From Mobula hypostoma (taxonomy: Eukaryota): a stretch of 64,000 bases of DNA. The translations under genes were made by a program, and so were the position numbers. The stretch lies in assembly GCF_963921235.1 (NCBI RefSeq), contig NC_086108.1:82896001-82960000 (forward strand). Direction: 5' to 3'. Numbering within the stretch: the first letter of the stretch is position 1; each line of letters opens with the position of its first letter. A model generated the notes under the pieces. The model ran no database searches. It was not told the origin of the DNA and saw nothing but the letters and a program-made list of their open reading frames with translations. Shown here in pieces: positions 38,331 through 50,750 of this stretch.

Positions 38331-39440
38331 TTCCCCCAGGGTCATTATGTACTTATTACTTCCCCCAGGGTCCTCTCCTCCTTCCCTTTCTCCTATTGTC
38401 CATTTTCCTCTCCTATTAGATTGTTTCTTCTCCAGCCCTTGCTCTTTCTCACCCACTGGGCTTCACCTTTCACCTACCAGCTATCCTTTCCCCCCCTCCC
38501 CCCACCTTTTTACTTAGGCATCGTCCCCTTTGCTTTTCAATCTAGAAGAAGGGTCTTGGACCAAATCGTCGACTGTTTAATCTTCTCCACTGATGCTGCC
38601 TGTTCTGAGTTCCTCCAGCATTTGTGTGTTTGTGTGCATTGAGCTGAAATTGCTGTTTCAATGGAAACCACTGTCAGAGATGTAATTGAGTTGCAAACAG
38701 GAACTCAATTGAGCATGAGCAAATTTGCAAAGTCTAAACAGAAACCAGTCTGGCCGAACAAATTGTGTTATTATTGTGGCAGAGGCTCACATACGCCAAA
38801 CCAATGCAGAACCTGTAGAAGATGCAACAAAGTAGGACACTTGGGCAGAAAAAACTAAATGGACTGCACAGGGAAGAGAAAAGGCTAAAAGTTGCAGTTT
38901 CAAAAAGAGCACCAAACTACATGTTGTTGATGAATATCTGATAATGGCAAGAGTGACAGCGAATTGAGAAACCTTGACATTTACAATGTGTAAACTAGCA
39001 ATAGTCAAGCAATATAGCTTACACCAGAGGTGAATGGCAAATTATTGAAAATGGAATTAGACATTGGTTCCGGTATTTCAATCATTTCACTAAATCAGTT
39101 TCAACAGCATTTCAAAGATACTAAAATGAAGACTGCAGATATCCAACTAAGAATTTGTTCTAGAGTAAAGTTAACTCCTGTGGGAATGACATTTGTAACA
39201 GTGAAATACAACAACCAACAAGCCACGTTGGTCTTGTATGTGGTGGAAACAGGAGGGCTAGCATTGTGGGGCTGTGAATGGCTGAGACAACTACAACTTG
39301 ATTGCAGATCCTTCTACCATTTGCATGCCACTTCCCCTGCAATAGAGTCAATAGAAACCAAATTACGAAAGGTACTAGATGATGCCTTAGCTGTCTCCAT
39401 GCCAAACACCATGAACCGTTGCCCAACAGAGGACAAACAG

Positions 39441-39980
39441 GTGTTGGTGCCAGCCTCTGTGCCTCTGGATGGAAAGAATATTGGACCAAGGAAGGACCCT
39501 GCTGCTCGGTGGAAGCATGGAAATGATGAAAGCAGTGGTCTGACAACAACAGTTCTTGTAGGTGACATATCTGAGCAAGCTTCTGAAATGTTAATCAGGC
39601 AGTTACTTGCAAAATGTGGCTTGGTTTTAAACTGGAAGAGAGTTCAAGGAGCTTCATAAAGTTGCAAGCAGTTGGCTTTTGTGAGTAAACAGAATAAGAA
39701 TCTACTTTGTGTGCATTAAGGTTATTGCATGAACTTCAAGTGAGAGACAAAAAGCTGCTTGTAAAAGCAGATGCAAAGACCAAAGCCCAGCTGGATGAAT
39801 GGAAGGCAAAAATGAAACAGAGGATTCATCAGATGATGTTGTGGATGAGGAAACCAAGAGGCGAGATCAGCGTAAAGGGAGCAATAGAAGGATTAATAAG
39901 AGAATACTCCAGTGAACTAAATGCACCTTTCTAAAATCAAGATGCACAAACCGGAAGAAGGAAAAGGAAGGAGAATAAAA
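39441..39980 (+). pseudogene. RBM25: Processed RBM25 fragment (RRM and following helix) inside the LTR element
   Basis: VLVP...TTTVLVGDISEQASEMLIRQLLAKCGLVLNWKRVQGAS / LRLLHELQVRDKKLLVKADAKTKAQLDEWKAK / KGAIEGLIREYSSELNAP matches the recalled RBM25 N-terminal RRM region; intronless; contains stops and frameshifts. Confidence 0.9.
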
Positions 39981-40729
39981 GGTGTCCAGGGCTGTCAGAA
40001 CCACTTCCTACAGTCTCAGAGTCAACTCCTGCAACCACCATGGAGGAGGCCCCAGAACCTGAGATAGTTTCACAGCCACAAGCCTCACCTGCCCAGTAGA
40101 GTGACCTCCCTTGTCAGGAAACACATTATCCCCCAAGAGCAAGAAACCCTCCAGAGCAATGAAATCTTTAGGCCAGAATGGGACAACCTCAAATTTATTA
40201 TGCTGTGGATGCCTGTATATAGCAGTTTTATTATATAATATATAGTGTATATAGTTGAGATGCATTCTCTATTGAGTTGGAGTTTATAGCTAAGCAGTGA
40301 GGAATGTTGTGTATTTAATATTTAACATATTTGAGCAACCTTGTGTATATATTGTTTGATTAAGCATTCTTTTTTGTTTAAATATATACAGGTTATATGT
40401 ATAAATATGTGAATTGCATACATTATCATGCTTCCATGTGATATGCACGTGCCTCATTAAAGTAAATGTGAATTTAGACCTGCATCTCAGACTCCTGTGT
40501 CTTTCTTCAAATTAGATAATATTTTGAAGTTACAAAACATTGCAACGCATCCAGGTTCGCTAATCTGTTCCAGCTTTTCCTCATGCTAGACCCAAGAACA
40601 ATATCTAATCTCTTTTTGAATATAGGTAATGATTTGTCTTCAAATGTCTTCTAGGGTAGAGAATTTTACAGGTCTACTGTTTACTGCAAGAAGAAAGATG
40701 CTTTCTGTCTCATTCTGAAATAGCATATC

Positions 40730-41163
40730 GCTCCATCTTGGGTACTAGCCTACAAAGTACCCAGGACATCTTTAGGGACCAGTGCCTCAGAAAGGCAGTA
40801 TCCATTATTAAGGACCTTCAGCACCCAGGGCATGCCCTTTTCTCACTTTTACCAACAGGTAGGAGTTACAGAAGCCTGAAGGCACACACTCAGCAATTCA
40901 GGAACAGCTTCTTCCCCTCTGCCATCCGATTCCTAAATGGACATTGAATCTTTGGACTCACTTTTTTTAATATACAGTATTCTGTTTTTGCCCTTTTTAA
41001 AATCTATTCAATATATGTAATTGATTTACTTGTTTATTTATTATTATTTTTATTTTATTTATTATTATTTTTCTCTGCTAGATTATGCACTGCATTGAAC
41101 TGCTGCTGCTAAGTTAACAAATTTCACGTCACATGCCGATGATAATAAACCTGTTTCTGATTA
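40730..41163 (+). mobile_element. Rex1/Babar 3' end
   Basis: CLRKAVSIIKDLQHPGHALFSLLPTGR..FRNSFFPSAIR; AATAAACCTG.TTCTGATT tail. Confidence 0.85.
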
Positions 41164-41617
41164 TGCTTAAACTGTTACACTGATTCTGAATTCCCCCACC
41201 ATCAAGAACATCCTTTCTGCATCTAATCTGTCTAGTTGGATTTTAGCAGGTTTCTGAGATCACTTTTCGTTCTTTTAAACTTGAGTGAAAGCAGAAACAG
41301 AAAATGTTGGAAATACTCAGCAGCTCAGTCTGCATCTGGGGGAAGAGAAACAGAGTAATTGTTTCAAGTTGGAGACACTTCCTAAGAACTAAGATTTCCA
41401 GCAAGAACCAATGCACTGGACAACGATTGCCACATCTGAATGATTGTTTATGTCCCTGGATGGTTGTGAGTGAGGAGGTGCAAGGACAAAGGTTACATCT
41501 ACTGTGGGGGCAGAACAGTGCCAAGGGTAAGGATGGGATGGATGTGGAGAGGAATACCAGGCCATCATCTCCTGCACTGTCCCAGCATTCATTATATTAG
41601 GAAACCACCCTGCCACA

Positions 41618-44600
41618 CAGTGGCATATCTAGAGTATGGCAGGTATGGCACGTGCCCTGGGCGCCACTTGAAGGAGGGGCTCCACTGAGCAGCTTCTATT
41701 AAAGTCAGACAAGCCATCTTCGTGTAGGGTTCTCAGTAATATTAGATGGACTGTTAACTGTTAATTGCTTATTACAAAATGGCTTCTCTGAAGCGTTATA
41801 ATAAAATGGATTCTTGTACTGTTAACTGCTGAGCAAGGGGTTCTCTGTAACAGCACGTTTGGGTTATAATTAGTGATAACGGAAATTGTATTCATTTGCT
41901 AGGCAATGTAAGTCATGTTATGCTATCTTGTATGTGTGTGTGGAGCTGAGGAGCATGGGCTTTTCTGGGAGGTGAGCGGAGAGGAAGGACATGCGGGGAT
42001 TGGACAGCGGTTCCAGGGCAGCGGATACCAGACCTTGGGGGTTCGGATGGTGGCCGGAGTCTCAGAAGGACATTGTGGATGGAATCGGAGGCGTGAGCTC
42101 CAACGTATTAAAATATTATGTGCACAAGACTGATAAGTTACTTATATGGCGCCTTTTCTTTTAGTTGTTGCTACTAACCCATCACTAAAACTTGCAATAA
42201 AGTATAATTCTTTACTCGCACTTGGTATACTGTTTGATATTTGTGTCATGACTGACCATTGGGTGCCTCACACTGTATCCGCACCAAAGCATTTGCACTG
42301 TTTGGCGGGGTCGACGACTATTCACCCTAGGCAACGGGAGTCAGTTGGGGGCAAAGGCGTTACACTCGGATAGTGAAAAAAGAATTTTTTTCAGATGTAT
42401 GATCTGTCTTTGATTATCATGGGTGAGAAGCACTAGGATGGCCTTATTTCAGAGCATTGTGTAAGAAGACCATGAAACGTTTCTTCACGAAGAAGAAGGA
42501 AAGTGGAGCTGAAGGACAGAAGAGACGAAAGTTGGAGGCAGAAGAAGCCAAGAAGTCGAGCAAGTTCTTCATGCCCTTCTTTGAATAGCCTGGAACAAGT
42601 AGTTCAACACGTTCCATGGAGTCGTCTGCGCCTGCTACAAGTTTGTTAGAATCCGAAGGTGGATCAAGTACAAATGCGTCACAAGCCGAGGAGGAAGTCA
42701 AGTCAGGTAAATCCGAGTATGATGAGATTAAGAGTGAGGCTGCCACAGAGAACTTGGACATGACGGGAGGGGAAGACGATGGTGGTGGTGATGATGTTGA
42801 GTTTATTGATGAGATTTTACCTGACAACACTGGATGGTGAACTGGATGGTGTCAAAGAGCCTCGAACTGTCATACCAGAAGTGATTGAACAGCATGACAT
42901 TGGACTTCTGAAGTTCGACAAGGATACTGGAAAAGCAATTCTGCCTGACACGTTGAGAACAGGAATAATAAAGCTGGGTTTGAAGTATTTCCAGAACAGT
43001 GAGGGGCCTTTCCTACCAACAAGTAACCGGTCAATGAACAAAACTTGGTTCAAGAGGAAATTGGGAAATGGTCATGGGGAGGAAGTGACTCGCTCATAGA
43101 TGGTCTATTCTCCTTCTAAAAATTCTGCATTTTGTGTCTGTTGTCTACTCTATTCCCAGTCAGACCATCAATCCTCATTGGAGCAGGAAAGTGGATTCAA
43201 CCAGTGGAAAGCACCTGAAAGGATTAGTGTTCATGAAAATGCCAAGAACCATCGGGAATGGAAAGAAATTTAGCTGGAAACAGAGGAGTTATTGACGTGG
43301 TATTTCAGTCACAGATTGAGAAGGAAAAGCAGAAGTGATGTGATATCTTGACGAGAATCCTTCACCGCATAAAATTCCTTATGACTCAGAACCTGGCTTT
43401 GCGAGGACACAGGGAGTCACTTCAGCTAGACGATGACTCCAATGTGGGAAATTTCCTTGGCTTACTGAAACTACTGGCCACCTTTGATCCTGTCATAAAA
43501 GAACACCTCACTCATTTGGAAAGTCATCCTGAATCCACATCATACCTTTCACCGGGGTGTCCAGAACGAATTCATCCACATAATGGCATCCACTGTTCAC
43601 CAGAGTTTACTGAGAAACATTCGTAAAGTCAAGTACTATGGTCTCATGTTCGACTCAACTCCTGATCAGGCACACCGTGAGCAGATGTCAGAAGTAGTGA
43701 GGGATGAGGAAGTTGATTTTGAGGAAAACAGTCTGTGTTAGAGAGTCCTTCCTTGGTTTTACCCAGATAAGCCAGAAGGATGTTGAGAGCTTGATTGAAG
43801 ACATCTTGAATCAGCTAGAGAAGGATGAAGTGGAGCTACAAGATTGTCGGTCACAGTGCTGTGACAAACCCTGCTGTGATGGCTGGACACAGAAGTGGTG
43901 TTCATCAAAGAATAAGTGAGATAAACAATCTGGCAGTGTTCGTGAATTGCGACAATCACTCACTCAGCTTGATATAGTCAAGATTTTTGGAACCACCGAA
44001 GTTCTCTACGTGTTTTACTCTCGTTCAACACAGCGCTGGGAAAGACTCAAAAACGCCGTGCCTGTGGTTGTTAAGTCAGAGTCCGAAACCAGGTGGAGTG
44101 CAAGGACAGAAGCAGTGAAGCCCATCAACAAGTACTTCAAGGAGATACTTCAAGTTCTCCAGGACATGATAGACAATGAAAACAAGACCAGTGAAGCAAG
44201 AAGTGACGCAAGGCAGCTATACAACCACGTGTTGAGTTATGATTTTCTGATTTTGCTGTGATTTTGGAACAAAGTACTCATTCACATTGACCGTATTCAA
44301 AAGAGGCTGCAGGATCCTAGCATGAACTTCCACGATGTTGCCCTGAATTTGAAAGCCCTCCGAGATCATTTTTATGATGAAAGAGAAGTGTTGGTCAGTG
44401 AGTCACTCGAAGAAGGAGTCAGTCTCTGTCAAGAATGGAATATTGAAGTTGAAAGACGTCAGAGACAAAAAAAAACGAATGGCTGATGAGAGCTCAAGAG
44501 ATGCCGGGTTAACAGCTAAGGAGGAAATGGAAAGAGTCATGAAAGGAACACTCGACCATCTTCACAGAGAAATGGACGAAAGGTTCGCTCGTTTGCACGA

Positions 44601-45247
44601 CACTGACACCAAGTTTGTGTTCCTTCTTGATGTCGAGGGACTGTGTTACGGCGCCGACAGTAATGACCGAAAGAAGAAGTGTGAAAATTTGGGCAAATTG
44701 TACAGCTCTGATGTTGATGGACAGCAGCTATATGAAGAAATTTTGGATTGCAGAATGTTGCTATCAAGGTGGGTCAACGTGAAAATTTCAAGACCTGAAG
44801 AGTTTCTTGAATTTATTGTTCAGTATGGAGATGAGAGCGTCTTCCCCAATTTTTGCATTGCTATTCATATAATGCTAACCATCGTAGTTTCCATTGCCAG
44901 CTGTGAGAGATCATCCAGCAAGTAAAAACGAATACTTCCGTATTTGAGAGCCTCCATGGGTCAAGGCAGACTCTGTGATCTTGCTCTGCTGAGCGTAGAA
45001 AGAGAAGAAACTGAAAAAACTGACTTCGATCACATCATAGACCAATTTGCATCAGTGAAAGCAAGGACGGTGCAGTTATAATTTTCATGCGGTGCCATAA
45101 TTTGTTAATTAAAAAATTAATGAGCTTGACTTGTATTTTTGAGCTCATATTATGGTAAAGTTATCTAAAAGATGGGTGTCAGCTGTTTGGATAGGGGCGC
45201 AATTTCAGTGCTTGCCATAGGCGCTATTTTCCGTAGATAAGCCCCTG
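41618..45247 (+). mobile_element. hAT DNA transposon (Tip100/ZMYM1-like transposase pseudogene, ~42472-45081)
   Basis: TIRs CAGTGGCATATCTA / CAGGGGCTTATCTA; 8-bp TSD CTGCCACA (41610-41617) vs TTGCCACA (45248-45255); motifs QNLALRGH, GNFLGLL, ETRWSAR, SIASCERS; multiple stops and frameshifts. Confidence 0.92.
41846..42364 (+). mobile_element. Possible solo LTR inside the hAT 5' region
   Basis: TGTAAC...GTTACA ends and internal AATAAA; no clean TSD (only CTC shared). Confidence 0.35.
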
Positions 45248-45779
45248 TTGCCACAATTTCTAACCTGACAATGCCTCAACTTCATAACTTCCATTTCTGT
45301 CTCTCATCCAAAATCCACAAATTGTCTTGCTAAGTCCATTACTACTGCCTGCTCTTGTCACACCAAATGTATATCTCATACCTTGTCTCCATCTCCCCCT
45401 TGTCCACTCCCTTCTCACCTACATCCAGGACACCTCACATGCTCTCCACCATTTAGACAACTTCTGATTTACTGCCCCCCCCCCCAAACATCAGCTTCAA
45501 TCATTATATACTTCCATTCCTCATCAGAAGAGTCCAAAACCCCTCTTCATCTTTCTACACTGAAGATCTAACCAGTTCCGTTCCAGTACCACTCTTATCC
45601 ACCAGGTTGAACTTGCTGTTACCATAAACAACTTCTATTTTGACTCCACCCACTTTCTACGAATCAACGCTGTAGCCATGGGCACCTGCATAGTCCCCAG
45701 CTCCACCTGTCTTTGTGATGGCTACGTGGAACAGTACTTGAGGCTGACAAGACAATGCAGCTGCACAGCGACTACGAAT

Positions 45780-46430
45780 CACTCTGAATGAAGCTGCTGA
45801 GAAAAAAGAAATCCAATAATCACTTTGCAAGACTTGTAACTGCAGCCAGCAAGATCAAAGTAATCACAAACTGGGCCTCTGCCAAGGCTGTGCACAATGG
45901 AATGCTGACAAAGGTAGCAACACAGGACCATGAACGCACACAAAGAGCTGCACTCATACACAAAGCTACCTCATTTGCTAAAGGTTTTCCAGACTACAAT
46001 CAATAAATCTTGCATGGAGTTGATCATTGTGTGGTTATTCTAAGTGATCTATTGATTGCCACAAGCAAAAAGGAAAATCTGATTTTGAACAAAATATTCA
46101 GGAGCTTATGTGAGGAAAACATGAAACGAAAGCAAAGTAAGCCTACATTTTTGCAAAAAGAGTTGCAAAGAAAGCTGCACTTCAATGGTCAATGAATGGT
46201 AAAGGAGAATGCAGAAGATGCCTCCTTTAAGGTAACACAGAACCTGGGCCATTCCTGGTGTAGTGTTACATGCGCTTCCTTCCAGATCTGGCAATGATAC
46301 TCAGACCAACTACTGAAAGAGTATGTGTAAAAGACAAACCACATATGATAAATGCAAAAAAAAAAACCCAGAATATGTGAAAGTACCCTAGTGTATTTCA
46401 ATACTGCACTCAAACCGAAGTTAGAGCAGC
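45780..46430 (+). mobile_element. Highly decayed Gypsy pol fragment
   Basis: ILHGVDHCVVILSDLLIAT..KQSKPTFLQKE resembles the Gypsy RT xLDD region. Confidence 0.5.
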
Positions 46431-46436
46431 CATCAC

Positions 46437-47380
46437 TTTGATGATTTTTATAAATTACTTGGATGAAGGAGTAGAAGGGTGGGCTACTAAGTTTGCAGAT
46501 CACACAGAGGTTGCTGGAGTTATGGATAGTATGGAGGGTTGTCACAGGCTGCAACGGGACATTGACAGGATGCAGAGCTGGACTGAGAATTGGTTTTTAG
46601 AATTCAATCAAAAGTGTAAAATGATTCACTTTGGAAGGTCAAATTTGTAGGCACAATACAGGATTAATGGTAGGATTCTTAACAGTGTGAAGGAACACAG
46701 GGATTTTGGAGTTCACACCCATAGATCCCTCAAAGTTGCAGTGCAAGTTGATAAGGTTGTTAAGAAGGCATATGGTGTGTTGGCCTTCATTAGTCAAAGG
46801 ATTTAGTTCAAGAGCCGTAAGGTAATGTCGCAGCTCCATAAAAACTGTTTAGAGCACACTTAGTACATTGTGTTCAGTTCTGCTTACCTCATTATAGGAA
46901 GGAGTTGGAAGCCTTAGAGAGTGTGCAAAGGAGATTTAGGCAGGGTGCAGCCTGGACTAGAGAACATGTTTAATTTGAGCAAGCTGGGGCTTTTGTCTTT
47001 GGAGAGAAGTAGGGTGCAAAGTGACTTTATAGAGATGTATCGGATGATAAGAGGCATATATCGAGTGGATAGCCAGAGACATTTTCCCAGGATAATAAGA
47101 GAGGGCATAATTTTGACATGTTTGGACATTAGTGTAGGGAAATGTCAGAGATAGATTTTTTACGAAGAGAATGGTGGGTGTGTGGAATGCTCTGCCAGGG
47201 CTAGTGGTAGAGGCAGATACCTTATGGGGATTTATGAAACTCTTAGGCAGGCACATGAATGATAGAAAAATAGAGGGCTACGCAGGAAGGAAGATTGATC
47301 TTAGAGTAGGTTAAATGAATGGCGCAACATTTTGGGCCAAAGGCCCTGTATTGTACTGTAATGCTTTACCTTCTATGTTC
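46437..47380 (+). mobile_element. CR1 ORF2 3' part
   Basis: IFINYLDEGVEGWATKFADHT...LQRDIDRM motifs. Confidence 0.9.
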
Positions 47381-47999
47381 TAACATGATAAATTATCTTT
47401 GCTCAATTCAAGTGCTTATAGAGTGTTTATAATCACTTCTTTGAGAGAAAAGATTTTGGGTAAACTCAGCACGCAGGAACACTTAATTTGAAAGCAACTG
47501 CAAGCAGGTTTGATTGTACATGTCCCTTTTTGACTCTGGGGAAGCTATTGGACTCCTGGGGGTTCTTGACCATTTTCAGAGTACATGCAGACTTATTTTT
47601 TTTTCTGGTTGACAGACAAAGTAGACTGAAAGAAACATAGAAGATTGAGGGTAACTACTGAAAAGACTGCAGGTGATTTGGCTTTAATTGACTTCAGGGT
47701 CATGGTTTACCTTACCCCAAAGAGTGTGGTTCTGACAACGGTCCCATGGTTTTGATCAACTCTGCTTGCAAACTTCATGAAATGGAATGATTCTCTGTTA
47801 TTGGGCTGTAAGTGGAGCAGCTAAGAGCTTAGTCAGAATAGTTAAAGCAGTGTAATTTGAACAACAGAGGATGCAGATAAGCTATAATAAAGAGAGAAAA
47901 TTCTGGAAATACTCAGTAAGGCAGGCTGCATCGGGGGGGGGGGGAGAAACAGAAGTAACATCTCAGGTTATGGAAGCTCTGAATTGTGAAACGTAACTT

Positions 48000-49520
48000 T
48001 GAGTAATAAGCAATACCACATGGATACAGGCCCTTCAAGTCCATACTGACCACATTGTTCACCGAGCTAGTACCAACCTCCTGTGTTTGGTTCATATTCC
48101 TGTGTTTGAAGGTCTCTCCTCCATGTACCTATGTAAGATACCTGCTTGTTATTTCACTCTTAAAAGCCTCTCATTTGCCATTCATTCCCAACCTTTCGAA
48201 TGGGTCACCCTACTGAATTCTGTTAGATTCTATCTAATTACCTCCCAAATTAACCCTGCTCCAGTTTAGGACCCGAACTTGCAGACGAGTCCGATCTCTT
48301 TCCATCTCTGTCTCTGGAGCAAAAGTGCTCCCTGCTGCCACCTCTTGGCGTTATTCTCCAAGAGGAAATACAGCATCATTCTGAGTATGGCCCTCTATAT
48401 ATTGACTCAGGAAACTTTCCTGGATCTATTTCACAATTTTTCACCCATCCAGATCCTTACCACTTAGTGTGGGAGATAATGTAATACCAGGGAATTTGAA
48501 ATCTCCCTCTATTACACGCCGCTATTCTTACAACCGTGTGTATTTTCTCTGCATATCTACTTCTCAAGTTCCCACTGACTATTGGGAGTCTTTAATACAG
48601 CCCCATCCTCCCCTTGTTGTTCCTAGCTTCTCGCCATGTGGCCTCACTGGATGATCCCACAAGACTGCGATCTCTTAGCACGAGTGTACTGTCTTCCCTT
48701 ATCAAACAGACCAACAACCCACCTCACTTACCTGTACCTTTGTCACTCCTGAAGTATCTGTATACTGGAACACTGAGCTGCTTGTCCTGCCCTTATCTCA
48801 GCCAGGTTTCTGTTCCAGTCCTCAGAGCCAGTTCACGTCCTGAGATCATCCGCCTGGCGTGTCGATCATTGTACATCGAGATAAATGCAGTTTGACTAAG
48901 TATTCCATTCCCTCCCTTTGCTGTGCTCCTGGCCCTCCTGGTCATTAAACTTCCTTTCACTGACTGCTACTCTATCCCATGTCTTGCTTCAGCCCAGAGA
49001 CCCATCTCCCTACCAATCTAGGGTAAATCTTTCTCTGCCCCTCTCTGGTTCAAGTGCAACCTGTTCCCCTTGTGTAAGTCACCTCCACCCCAGAAGAGAT
49101 CCCAATGGTCCAAGAACCTGAATCCCTGCTCCCTGCACCAGCTCCTCAGCCATACATTCATCTGGCTTATCTTCCTATGTCTGAACTCACTTGCACTTGG
49201 CATTGGGAGTAATCTAGAGATTACTACCCTTGAGACCTTGCTTCTTAAATTCTTACCTAACTCCCAATACTCATTCCGCAGGACCTTACCCTTTGTTCTT
49301 CCTATGATGGTTGGACCAACATGTACAATGACTTCTGGCTGTTTGTAGTCCCACACTAGAATTTTCAGCAGCTGCTCAGAATCATCCTTGACCCTGGAGC
49401 CCAGGAGGCAGCATATCATCTTGGTGTCTTTTCTTCAGCCAGAGAATCTCTTGTCTGACCCCCTAACTGTTGAGTCTCCTCACACTACTGTCCTGAATGA
49501 CTGCATACTTTTCCTCTGCA
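48000..49520 (-). mobile_element. CR1 fragments including the ORF1 SGNH-esterase-like region and the endonuclease start
   Basis: ORF 49018-49419: ICCLLGSRVKD..QPEVIVHVG..NVWLRSWCREQGFRFLDHWDLFWG. Confidence 0.8.
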
Positions 49521-49997
49521 CCTCAGAAAGAATTCAACTAAGCTCATTTTACGCCGAAGAACAGAAAAATCTGCACACTAACTGTATATCTCTTGATGAG
49601 GAGAGAAATTGTCAACATACCTGATAATTCGGGTCCAATTTTGTCAGGAATAGTGCATTCTTAATGCTTACATTTTCAGGTTCAAATTCAGGTGCAAGTT
49701 TAATAGTCATTCAACCATACATGTTTATACAGCTAGACGATAAAGTATTCCTTCAGGGCTAAAGTGTACAGTCACCTACAACAAGACATAGCACATATAG
49801 TTATGATAGCTCATAGTCATAAAAAATATTAGCACAAGTTCCTGAGTGGCATGGCCTGAAGATTGATGTTGCCCTGAAGCCACGTTTCTGCAAGAACTAG
49901 TTCGTAGCAGTTTCTCATCTCATGCTGGTTCAGCAGATGAAGGCAAATCATCATGTAAATGATTTTACATCATTTAGGGGTCTCAATTTATTTTCAC

Positions 49998-50071
49998 CTT
50001 CCACTGGCATATACAGTAAAGGCAGTATACACGGTGCACGTCGTTCTTACAATTACACCTATAAGCTGGTG
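49998..50071 (-). CDS. Candidate 74-nt cassette exon ((A)PAYRCNCKNDVHRVYCLYCICQWK)
   Basis: TTTCATTTACTTTTTAAG| acceptor and GAAG|GTGAAA donor; alternative AGs nearby; frame uncertain. Confidence 0.3.
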
Positions 50072-50159
50072 CTTAAAAAGTAAATGAAAGAGTCTATTTA
50101 ATGCTGAATCATCATTGAAGTTAGTAAGATACAAATTTGTGATTATCACTTGAATATCT

Positions 50160-50750
50160 CTCCGGTGAAATGATATCGTATTTGTAAGTAGGATGCCGTG
50201 CACAATTCTGATTTGATGGAGACCGACGTGAGAAGGCACAGAGGAACATCTGGAGAAATTTCTGAAATGCCCGGTTCGCTGCCGCTGCTACTGTGTGATT
50301 GAGAATCTCCGGGAGGAAGGCCCCAAAATCCCCGGCTTTGTATGCTGCTGGCGACCGAGGCTGGGGTCAAAGCGTTCGGCAGAGATGGTGCTCAAGTACT
50401 CGGTGTCGGAGGGCTGATCGGAGCTCGAAGTTTTCGGATGACTCAGAGTCGGACTGTGGTCGGGCATGGCAGAGAGAGTTTTCTTCCTTCTCCCGGCTGC
50501 GTGAGATATGGGACTTTCGAGAGACTTTGAACTTTTTTTGCTGTGCCATGGCCTGTTCTTCATCAAGTTATGGTATTGTTGCACTGTTGTAACTATATGT
50601 TATAATCATGTGGTTTTTGTTAGTTTTTCAGTCTTGGTCTGTCCTGTGTTTCTGTGATATCACACCGGAGGAATATTGTATCATTTCTTAATGCGTGCAT
50701 TACTAAATGACAATAAAAGAGGACTGCGTGTCCTCATAATCTAATAATCT
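50160..50750 (+). mobile_element. GC-rich non-autonomous retroelement with a LINE-like tail
   Basis: AATAAAA plus an AATCT-repeat tail; TSD AATATCT at 50153-50159 and 50751-50757; CpG-rich and non-coding. Confidence 0.65.

Larger units (their letters stand above)
35033..38641 (+). mobile_element. Penelope-like element inserted in Gypsy gag, itself interrupted by Tc1 and CR1
   Basis: YIDN (YIDD-like), YLDYNSSHP, GVIYYIWCSRC GIY-YIG motifs; 13-bp TSD AG(T/C)TGAAATTGCT at 35020-35032 and 38642-38654. Confidence 0.85.
34153..40544 (+). mobile_element. Non-autonomous Gypsy LTR retrotransposon (gag-protease, captured RBM25 fragment, pol tail) with nested insertions
   Basis: LTRs 34153-34350 and 40305-~40544 (both start TGTTGTGTATTTAATATT and end TTGAAGTTACAAAA..); TGG PBS-like start at 34351; purine tract before the 3' LTR; gag ATG at 34614 (MAGYIGKID); CCHC knuckle CYYCGRGSHTPNQC; protease MELDIGSGISII. 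Confidence 0.9.

Noticed and set aside
39030..39934. Functional RBM25 gene or intact fusion protein at this locus
   Set aside because: There is a stop and frameshift at ~39657 plus further stops; the RE-rich and PWI regions are missing, and gag is disrupted.
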